Assembly: GCF_000315625.1 (NCBI RefSeq)
Contig: NW_005434556.1
Location: forward strand, 1 to 42,102
DNA: 42,102 bases
Direction: 5' to 3'
DNA from: Guillardia theta CCMP2712
Taxonomy: Eukaryota; Protista; Cryptophyta
A program made the position numbers and the translations under genes. Under the pieces are notes generated by a model that worked only from the letters and a program-made list of their open reading frames with translations, did no database searches and was not told where the DNA came from. Within the stretch, counting starts at the first letter, position 1, and every line of letters begins with the position of its first letter. Shown one piece after another: positions 10,101 to 19,700 of the stretch.

Positions 10101-12605
10101 CCACCTTTGCCACCAAGACCAATTGATGATGTACCACCAGATTGATATGAATTTCCACCACCACCACCCCCAATCCATCCATTATCCCCGAAAGATGTAG
10201 ATCCAAACACCCCTGACATGTCAATTCCAACGCCACCATCTCCTGCTTTGCTTCCACATAAAGCATTTTTTCCAGGACCACCAGCACCTCCACCACCCCC
10301 ATGAACGTGATTTGGATTTATGTTACAATATCCAGGCCCTTGTCCAAATCCTCCTATATTGCCATAAATGAAAAATCCATCATAAACTGAATAAATCGTA
10401 TTGCCACCAGAACAAGTGTCATCGTTGCCCATAGATGCACCACCTCCACTTCCACCATCGACTCCATTTCTACATGAACAACATGGAGCAGTTACGCCAT
10501 TTTTCCTACCTCCACCAGCACCTCCACCCTTTGCAGTGTATGTAGAAAAGGTAGAATCTTGTCCATTGTTTGCAACACAAGTAGATGTTCCACACTGTGC
10601 TGTTCCTGCGCCCCCATTTCCAACTTTTGCAGTATAAATTCCGGTTGTGACTTTCAAATTAATTCCAAGAAGCACACCACCTGCACCCCCTCCACCACCA
10701 AATCCTGTCGCTCCACCCCCACCCGCCACGATCAGCACATCAACCACTGCGGCGTACGGGAAGTTTACGGTGTAGGTGAACTGGTTGGCGGATCCGTCGT
10801 TGACTAAGTAGTAGACAAAGCCCGCTGACCCTTTGCCGAGCTCCAGAACCGTTGGAATTGGTGAAATAACAATGGGCGTGACCTTGCAGTTTTGGCAGGG
10901 GACGTAAGTCGAAGGACAGGACTGGCAGGCGCCTGCTGAATCCTTGTATTGATTGATCAGACAGGTTGAAGCCGAATAGCAGTCGTTGATGGATCTAGCC
11001 TTTCCAGCGGCGCTGAACTTTCCGCTTGGGCAGCTGACGCAGGTCGGTGTGGTAAGAGTCCAGTCGTAGTACTGGTTGGCTTGGCATGGATTGGCTTGGC
11101 AGAAGCAAGCGTTGGTGGAGCCGGATGGTGAAATGTGATTGGAATCACATGTATGGCAATAATCGATGTCCATAACAAGTATCCTAGCTTGATCTTCACC
11201 GACAATAAAAAGCTGTGTATTTCCATTGGTAAATACTGGTGACATTGGAACATTGAACAATGAATCAAATGGTTGTAGAACCAGCAAGATTAAAGAAGTA
11301 CCCATCAGATACCCTTGCGGCTGAAACAAAATGATTTGAACAAACAATAACATAATTTCCACAAGGGCTGACTTTAACACCATAAGGTGTATTTATTCGA
11401 GCTTTTGTTCCATATCCTTGTACATTTCCAGCTGTACCATCACCGATCCAAGCAACCGCCGTAATAGGAAACGTTGCAGTCTTAATGTTATTGACTTTGT
11501 AAATTGTGTGTAAAGTTTGACATCCAATGTACATAGTGAGTACATGAAGCTATAGTTGTGACAGTAGTTACCACAACCGGTGTTACTGATACATCAATTC
11601 GACGCAGCTTATTATTTCCCACGTCGGCAACATATAAGTACTGCTCATTCTTGGTCAAATCAACCCCTATCATGTTGGAAAATCGTGCATTGGTTCCAGT
11701 AGAATCAACATATTGATTTGTTCCGCATAATCCAGCAATAGTAGTCACAATTTTAGTTGTCAAATCAATTTCTTTGACACAATAATTATCCCACGTAGTT
11801 GAATAAAGCACATTCCGCGACTTGCTGGGTACAATACCCATGATTTTTCCTACACTTGTTTTTGAATTCGATGCATCTATGAATGTGGACAATTTTCTTG
11901 TTTTTATGTCCACTATGCGAAGCAAGCTATTAACGTAATCTGATATGTATAGATTATCATTGAATTGTGTAATGTAGTATGGATAGTTTAATTGTCCTAC
12001 CACACCGGTTGCATCATCTTGTGTACCTCTTGATCCAGTGCCAACAAATGATTGTATATTCCATACTCTTTTTAATGTATTATCCCCGTACGCATTGGCC
12101 TCGCAGTAGCTCTTTGTATCACACGTCCCGCTATTGGAGCTAGCGTAGGGAGGTGAAACTGTCCCGCTTGCGCAGGCGACGCACTGACCGCCAGAATAGT
12201 ATGTGTTGGAAGGGCACGGCGTCTTGCAGTCGCAGATCGATAGCGAATTTCCTTCTGAAGATCCGGAAGGGCAGGCCGTACAGCCGCCGATTGCTGTGTT
12301 CTGGTATGTATTCGCAGCACAACCCTTTGGAGATTCGCAGTCCGCAACAGAAAAGCCGTTCCCTTCCACCGAAAACTTTCCAGCTGTCTGGCAGCCGTAG
12401 ACGGTGTTGGCGCCGGGCCTGGAAGTCGAAGGGCCCGGGCAATCCGTGCAGGCGGAGCCGCTAAGGTACTGGTTCGCCAGGCAGCTGGTGCAGCCTTTCA
12501 GAAGATAGAAAGCGGCCTTCTTTCCAGCTGTCGCGGTAGAAACCCACTGGCTGCTGGTCGCCGCTGCCTTGCCCGAATTTGCAAAGGCACCGTAGTTGGC
12601 AACGT
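7122..12605 (-). pseudogene. Large, apparently intronless mosaic surface-protein gene (Cys-rich repeats, two NHL propellers, Gly-rich domain, LamG-like domain with inserted PA14-like domain), broken by frameshifts
   Basis: ORFs 11488-12648, 11265-11534, 7391-11383 and 7122-7415 join across frameshifts near 11535, 11275 and 7500 (the alternative frame gives VFDIALPSVQTTAVHRYLSEKWG). NHL motifs (VADTGNNMIRKVD, FYNPTGVAVD); VLIVAGGGG..GGSGIIIIR; YNGYFY..SDDDSAIYI..FSENLGGN. The 5' end is lost at the junction with the LINE remnant. Confidence 0.7.
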
Positions 12606-12928
12606 CGGTCGCACGCTTTCGTGAATAACTCTTGATCTTGTGCTGCACAGATCTACTTGAATTTGGTCATATTCTCTCTTATTTCTGCCTTTAGGCTCGA
12701 CTCCTTGTGTGCGCGATCAATAAAGTCTGGAATTTCTGAAGCGTTTCTTAAATCCTTGTGGAGTTGCTTGATTTTACGTTTCAGGTCCATCTGGATCTTC
12801 GAGTCTTGGACGCATGACGTTTACCGCCGGAGCCTCGCAGGGGGATTTCCTTGGTGGGTAGGGCTGTTGTTATCAATTCGAGAATGTTGCAGTCTTGATG
12901 TAAAGTTTGTGCCGCTTTTATCTTCTCA

Positions 12929-13790
12929 TCAAGTGCTATTGCCCATTCCACGCCTAGTCTTCCCGATAGCTTGTCCAGGGGTTGCTTCACGATCCCTCCT
13001 TTGCGAGAGAATTTCAATCTTTGGGATGGCTTGCTTACCCTCAGCATTGAGCGAGCTCACATTCACTACAAGTGCTCTGTGGTCGATTGCGGCTCCTATG
13101 ATGCAATCCTCTGCGGTCTGCGATATTAAGCTTACTGTGTAGGATGGGTGATGGAAAGCAAAAAAATGATCCAGTTTTGCTTGATGATGACCCTGCTTGT
13201 ACCATGTGGAGAAGGTGAAGTGCGTGCTGCTTCTGCTCATTTTCTCGCAGGTGATTGTTTGAAATTGCCCTAACTCGTTTAAGATTGCTTCCATTTCCTC
13301 GTCGGCGTGGTGCACGCTCGAGTTGCTCCCGTATCCTTCTCTCATGAGGATCTCAGGGTGTTTTCGAGATGCATTAAAGTCGCCTCCGACGATGGTGAGC
13401 TTGACGCTTGGATCTGTCCTTAGCATCTGACTCAGCGCTTTCCACATGTCGGCTTGCTCATCCTCCTTCGATGCTCAGGTAAGGAAATGTACATTACAAA
13501 TGCGTGTTATCGGTTCTTTTTTCCCGATCTGTAAAACTTGTATTTTTTTGCATACTTCGCGCTCTCCCCCCGCCATGTCGAGGCGGCTAGAGGAGGGGGG
13601 GGGGCGGGGGAGGAGGTCAGCATGAGCACATCGTTCTGAGAGCTGTCTCCTTCCTCCTCCCCCCTACCAAGACCTCCTGCAACATTACAACGCTTGGTTG
13701 GTACGTCTCGATCAGGTATCCCAGGATGTGCTTCAGCACAAATTGACTGCACCCATTGACATTTTGAGAGATGATGTTGCCTGGCGCGGA
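12929..13790 (-). pseudogene. APE (EEP-fold) endonuclease domain of ORF2, frameshifted
   Basis: Motifs split between ORFs 13617-13943 and 12929-13447, with a disrupting poly-G tract near 13600. Confidence 0.8.
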
Positions 13791-13870
13791 ATCCTGTCTG
13801 TGCATTTCCACCCATGATGCTTGCTCTGATGTTTCTGTTCTCCTTGCATTGGAAGGTTTTCTACCTGTTG

Positions 13871-15256
13871 TTAGAGTTTGTTCCTCCTCCCTCGTAGCCC
13901 ATTGAAGTCGATGCAGTATTCCCCCTCGCTCCATCGCCGGCAAGTGCGGTTCCTCCTCCTCCCTAGTCCCCCTTCATCGTTCGTGGCTCGCTTTGAGGGA
14001 TACGACGGCTGGCGGTAGGGCGGAAGGGAAGGAACTTCCAGTGGTGCGGAATGCGGTGATGGGATGTCGAGTTGTGTTGACCTTTCATATACCTGCAGGT
14101 CCGCCATGTTCCTCGTTTGTCCTTGCCCGCCCTGCCCCCGCTCGTGCTCCCACCGCTGGTCTTGCCTCGATGTCTCAGTTGCTTGGGTTGTCGGTATCTC
14201 GCCTGCGCGTTCTGGGCTGTCTTCTTGCCTTTCAATCTGGTTAGGTATGCTTTCCGTGGTGAGCTCTGTTGTTTGCCAGTCCATATATCCCGTATCTCGC
14301 GCGCATTGTAGAGCTCTGCAAATGTTTTGAATCGCTGCTCCCATTAAACCCTCTGCACAGATTGCTTCTAGGAGCAGGTGCCTCGTCCTCTCTAGCCATG
14401 GCTGAGGTGGGGCAGCACCGCCTTGTTGCCTACCTGTGTAGGGGATGTCCTGTTGTTGTGTCAGCCATCTTGTCTTTGCGATCAGTAGTAGATGCAGCAG
14501 TACGAAGGTCCCGCAGCTGTGGTTGTCTGTTTGTTGCAGTTCTGTGAGTATAGATGCGTTCCATATCGTTTCTTGCTCTTGCTGGTTGCTGAATGCCTCG
14601 GTGACAATCGTCGCCGCAAGTGTTGCCAAATCCATTCGCTGCGCGCCATCCAGCTGAAACTGTGCCTCCCTTTGGCTTCGGATTATTCCCAGATCTCTCT
14701 CAGCTTTGCTGAGCGAGTCGACAATGTGTATTCTTTTCGTGGTGAAATCTGCCACGATTAGTATCCAGTGATTGCCGTTCTCTATGCATGGGAATAGGAA
14801 TGGCTGAACTGCTCCTGTGAGCAGTCGCTTTGCTCTTCTTGTCCTCCCCTCTTGATCTTTCAAACAAGCAACTATTCTCGGGAGGACAATAGTCCCTCTC
14901 TGCGGCTTGCTCTGGTTTTTAGATTGCTCGTTTGCATACCTCTTATCTTGTAGCCGTGCTACATGAAATCTAGCTTCCTCTGGTTCTAGTCCGTTGTTCC
15001 CCTCGAGGATTAACGCCTCGACTACATCTTCTGAAAGAAACCCTGCTTTCCCTGAGTTCAGCAGCGCTGACAACCCATATTCCATCCCTTGTTCCCGTCG
15101 ACTCCATGGAATCTCTCCCACCCAGTCGACCACTTGTGTTGTTCTTTTTTTCTGATTTTTGTTGTCTGTTTTGTCCTGTTGTTCCTGACTTGGTTCCACC
15201 TCACCGTGTTGCCCCCTGTCCCACCTGCCCTCTTCTCCTCCTCCTCTTGCTTCCAT
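13871..15256 (-). CDS. ORF2 N-terminus with Ulp1/C48 SUMO-protease-like domain
   Basis: FPCIENGNHWILIVAD (His), IHIVDSL (Asp) and QQTDNHSCGTFVL (Gln, Cys) in canonical C48 order. Confidence 0.8.
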   Translation of the reverse strand: MEARGGGEEGRWDRGQHGEVEPSQEQQDKTDNKNQKKRTTQVVDWVGEIPWSRREQGMEYGLSALLNSGKAGFLSEDVVEALILEGNNGLEPEEARFHVARLQDKRYANEQSKNQSKPQRGTIVLPRIVACLKDQEGRTRRAKRLLTGAVQPFLFPCIENGNHWILIVADFTTKRIHIVDSLSKAERDLGIIRSQREAQFQLDGAQRMDLATLAATIVTEAFSNQQEQETIWNASILTELQQTDNHSCGTFVLLHLLLIAKTRWLTQQQDIPYTGRQQGGAAPPQPWLERTRHLLLEAICAEGLMGAAIQNICRALQCARDTGYMDWQTTELTTESIPNQIERQEDSPERAGEIPTTQATETSRQDQRWEHERGQGGQGQTRNMADLQVYERSTQLDIPSPHSAPLEVPSLPPYRQPSYPSKRATNDEGGLGRRRNRTCRRWSEGEYCIDFNGLRGRRNKL

Positions 15257-15669
15257 TAAGCTTGCGCTGCTGGAAGGGAGTCAAGCGACATCTCTTCCGA
15301 TTCCGCCGCCATGCTCCCTGCCTCGGGTACATCTTCCATTCGATCGTCGGTGTAGTCTGGCTTTCTATCTCCCAGCATTCCTACAAGGGAGAGCGCCGTT
15401 TCCTCCAGGAATTTATTCAAAGCAATGAAGAGAAGATCAGTTTTCAATGGTTTCTCTTCCTTTGGTGCGAACGCGCTGTTCCTGCGCTTCGCTACTTTCC
15501 ACATGTTTTTACCTGCAATCGTCTTGACGCGATCTCTCAGTCGCTTGCTCACGGCATTCTCTGCCTCGTTGGCACCCTTATCAGCCCACTCTTGTAGCGT
15601 GGGGAAGGATGCATTTCCTGGGCTCTCCGGAGCCATCTCTTGCACCGCGTCATCAAGATGGAGGAGCAT
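15256..15669 (-). CDS. C-terminal part of ORF1, homologous to the telomeric-unit ORF
   Basis: LHLDDAV/LVLDKAV, SPGNASFPTLQEWA/SPGSLEFMSLGEWA, RRNSAFAPK/RRGSAFSPR, LLFIALNKF/FLFIALSKF. Confidence 0.75.
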   Translation of the reverse strand: MLLHLDDAVQEMAPESPGNASFPTLQEWADKGANEAENAVSKRLRDRVKTIAGKNMWKVAKRRNSAFAPKEEKPLKTDLLFIALNKFLEETALSLVGMLGDRKPDYTDDRMEDVPEAGSMAAESEEMSLDSLPAAQA

Positions 15670-15768
15670 ATCCTAACAAATCTGCACCCTCACCCGCCGC
15701 CGGACAAGGCAGGCCCGGGCGAGGCTCCGAAACGTCAGGCTGCTTGGCTACAACAGGAGAGCCTAGCA

Positions 15769-15945
15769 CTGTCCCCGTCATCTTGTCCGATGTCTCTGCT
15801 GTGCCCGTCATCTCCGCTGTCCCCGTCATCTCCGATGCCTCCGCTGTCCCCGTCATCTCCGTCATCTCCGATGCCTCCGCTGTCCCCGTCATCTCCGATG
15901 TCTCCGCTGTCCCCGTCATCTCCGATGTCTCCGCTGTCCCCGCTG
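15769..15945 (-). repeat. 27-bp coding minisatellite encoding (GTAETSEMT)n, with 9-bp sub-unit variation
   Basis: CTGTCCCCGTCATCTCCGATGYCTCCG repeats; ORF 15653-15988. Confidence 0.8.
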
Positions 15946-16744
15946 CTGTGTCAGTGATGGACAGCAAGGCGGCTGGCAACATCCGCATGATGGACTCGCT
16001 TCATCCTTGCAGGCGCGCAGGGTGTGACCGTAACAGAACGGGGAAAACTGAACAAGGCAGGCAAGGCACAAGGAAGAGGAAGGAGAAGCATGGCAATGGA
16101 AGGAGGAGCCGGGGCAAGAGCAAGAGGAAGAAGGAGCATGGCGATGGAAGGAGGACAGGTGTGGGGGGGAGCAGCCGGGACAAGAGGGGGGGAAGCAGCT
16201 GGGGCAAGGGGAAGGATGCGGGGGATGGGAGGAAGTCGAAGAGCAGGTTGGGAGACCCAAGGAGCAGGAACAAGACACAACAGGCGCTGATATCGCGTGA
16301 TGACATGAGCAAACAAGCATTTCGCTTTCCAGAGCCGTCGAGTTGGCTGAGGGCTGGGGGCATGTCAACTTTAAAGTGAGGGGGGTGGAGCAGGGGGTGG
16401 AGGGGAAGGTGGAGGGGATATGGAGCTGGTGGGTAGGGGCATATGCGTTTGTGATAGGCAGGTAGGTGGGGTCACTAAGAAACGCAAGGTCAAAAAGGCA
16501 ACAGCCGTTACATTCGTCTTGATTTCAATTTTTTCTTCAATATCTACACCAATCTTTGAAAGATTGATCTATATGTTCAATATCTCCCTTACGATTGAAA
16601 ATGTTTTGCCCACCCTACCCGTACAAATACATCCCCAAATCTCCACCTACCCCGCCCTCTGTTCTCAACCTCCGCAATGCCGTGGAAATGCCCTATTTGC
16701 CAGGCAAGGAGCAGCAGCGATGAGATGCTGTTACCTTGAGTGAC

Positions 16745-19700
16745 ATGCTTGATGATGGAGAAGTTTGCTTTGCTCCCCCGCATCTGTTCCTTCCATCATT
16801 CAACTCCTTTCTTGGCGGCTCCTTCACTTCCTCATCACACTTTTCTTGACCTTCTGACTTGTGTTTCTCCAGATCGTGGTCGATTATAAAACCAACGACA
16901 GCACAAAATGCGTAATTTGAATAGCTCCTAGTAGGCGTCATCTGACTTTGTGTGTTTTACGTTCTGCCGTGAATTGCCATGTTGTTATTCGGAAGGCGGT
17001 AAGCATCAGTCTGTGCAGCATATGCTCGTTCACAGAATAATTGGCTGACATGTATTTTGCAAATTCCTGGGTTTTCCTTGCTTGCATGGACTGAATTCGT
17101 CTTAATAGAGAGTAAGTATCATATGATGCGCTCAGGGAACGATTGGCTGATATTTATTTTGAAAATTCCTGGTTTTTCCTTGCTTGCATGGATTGAATTC
17201 GTCTTCATAGGGAGTAAGTGTCATATCATATGATGAAGTCAGGGGATAATTGGACTGACATGTATTTTTCAAATTCCTGGTTTTTTCTTGTTTGCATGGA
17301 TTAAATTTGTCTTCATAGGATGTAAGTGTCATATCATATGATGCACTCAGGGAACGATTGGCTGACATTTCATTTTGCAAATTTCCTTCGTTTTTTCGCT
17401 CGGATGGATGAAACTTGGGCTTGATAGGCAGTAAGTTGCAAATGCTATGATGCGGTCAGGGGACGATTGGCTGACATGAATGTTTGCGTTTTTTCGGATT
17501 TGCTTCGGATGGGTCGTTAATGTGGCTGGATAGTATGTAAGTAACAAATATTAAATGATGCGCTCAGGGAACGATTGGCTGACATTTATTTTTGCAAATT
17601 CCTGGTTTTTCCTTGCTTGCATGGGTTGAATTCGCCTTCGTAGAAAGTAAGTGTCATATCATATGATTCGGCGCGGTCAGGGAACGATTGGCTGATATTT
17701 ATTTTGAAAATTCCTGGTCCTTGCTTGCATGGATTGAATTCGTCTTCATAGGGAGTAAGTGTCATATCATATGATGAAGTCAGGGGACGATAGGGACTGA
17801 CATGTGGTTTTGCAATTTTGTGGGTTTATCATCGGATTGAATACGAATGGGGCTGGATAGCTGGTAAGTAACAATCTACAAATGTGCGCTCAGGAGATGT
17901 CTCGCTGACATGTGTTTCTGCAATTTCGACATTTCTTGCTGGGATGGACTTTGCTGATGTGTAGTGGGTAAGTATCTTGATCAAAATATGCGGTCAGGGG
18001 ACGATTGGGCTGACATTTGCTTTGCAATTCCTACTCTTTCCTGGCTTGGATGCATGGAATCTGTCTTCAAAGCGTGTAAGTATCATATCTTGTGATGCAC
18101 TAGGGGACAATGGGGACTAAAATCAATCTTGCTTTTGTCTGGCATGTCTTGCTGAATGATGGGCCAACTCCGAATTGGATCTACCAGTGCTGCGTAAGAA
18201 TCGACATCATCGCATATTATCCTGCTGATCTGAGTGTTCTTGTTTTGGCTTCAACGTTCTATTTGAATGCTCATAGAATGTAAGTTCATTGTGTTCCCAA
18301 CAGTCGGTTGGTAGTGGTCTTGATTGTTTTGTGACTGGTTGACTCAGTGCGCCAAGTCTGCAGGATGGTCGCACTACGAGAAGGTATGTGATTGCTTTGA
18401 GTGGAACTTCAGAACCCCCTTATATCGGAGCTGACTGTTGCTGTCGATAGTATGGATGCAGGCATTGCAAGAAACGCCTGCAAGAGAAAGAACAAGCAAG
18501 TAGCAAGCTGGAGGCGCAAGAAGAGAAGATCAAAGAGGAGAAGGAGCGTAGAGAGAGGGAGGAGCAGGAGTGGAGGCAGAAGAAGGAGCAGGAGCGCAAG
18601 GCGAGGGAGAAGCAGGAGCGCAAGCAAAGGGAGGAGCACGACGTTGCTTCCCAGGTTCTCTTCTTGCCATTTCATGATAATCGATGACATGGTGAACCTT
18701 TCTCGTTAGCTTGGTCAAATCCCATCGTTGAACTTCGAGTCCTTTACGGGCCTGCAGCAGATCGGCTCAGGCTCCTTCAAGCTCGTCTACAGGGCTCGGT
18801 GGCAGCAGCCGCATGGCAGCAGCGCTGACGTGGCAATCCAGCGAATCCGAGGCAGCGGACAAACTGGGAGGAGAGAAGAGTTCGAGCAGGAGGTAAAGAT
18901 CTTCCTCCAGCTGGGCCGTCACCCCAACCTCCTTCGCCTCCTCGCCACCAGCATCGAGCCGAGCTCCGGCGACTACTGCCTGGTGACTGAGTTTGCTTCC
19001 AAAGGCTCTCTCGATGTGATCTTGTCCAACTTCGCCGAGAAGGAGGAGACGATGAGTCTGCTGGTGCAGCTGCAAGTGGCGAGGCAGATCTGCGACGGGA
19101 TGGTGCAGCTGTCGCTGCATGAGGTCGTGCATCGGGACCTGGCGGCGAGGAACGTGCTTGTGTTCAGCCTGGACCCGGAGGATCACCTGGCTGTCAGCGT
19201 CAAGATAGCCGACTACGGGCTGTCCATCATGGCCTCGCGCGGGTACGGGGAGAGTAGGGCCGCGAGCGTGAGCACGGCAGGCTCGATGGCTCGACCCGTG
19301 CGGTGGATGGCGCCGGAGAGCATCGAGAGGAGGCAGTACTCGGAGAAGAGCGACGTGTGGGCGTTCGGGGTGACCATGTGGGAGGTCTGGACTTACGGCA
19401 AAGTGCCTTACTGGGCCATCACAGACGATTCGCTTATAGGACCTAAGGTGCTGGAGGGCGACAGGCTCTCTAAACCTGAGACATGTCCTTGGGGATGCTA
19501 CAGAATCATGCAGGAATGCTGGAAGGACAACAAACATGCGCGTCCGAACTTTATTGACCTTCAGAAATTGCTTCAAGGACAACATGACGATGCTCTGCTC
19601 AGTCTCTCCATCCGACGTCAAGACGAAGAGAAAGTAAGCCTTTTCTTCTTTCTTGTATACATCTTTGTGTCGTAAGACCTTGTTCCAGGTGATTGGGAAT

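Larger units (their letters stand above)
12610..16400 (-). mobile_element. Decayed non-LTR retrotransposon: ORF1, TAATG, ORF2 (Ulp1-like protease + APE endonuclease); RT not present. Boundaries approximate
   Basis: APE motifs NIISQNVNG, VVMLQEV, IVGGDFN, FTF..KLDHFF and IDHRAL spread over frameshifted ORFs; Ulp1 motifs upstream; ORF1 homologous to the telomeric units. Confidence 0.8.

Noticed and set aside
17030-18130. ~108-bp array as a CRISPR array, plain satellite, or the minus-strand ORFs 17132-17380 and 17347-17547
   Set aside because: The conserved positions are + strand splice signals with AG exclusion, which a neutral satellite or these short ORFs would not explain.
18364-18383. CAG at 18363 as the acceptor after the last microexon
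   Set aside because: It gives a 20-nt exon that forces the microexons into a phase containing TAA; the acceptor at 18347 keeps phase 0 and completes the CxxC motif.
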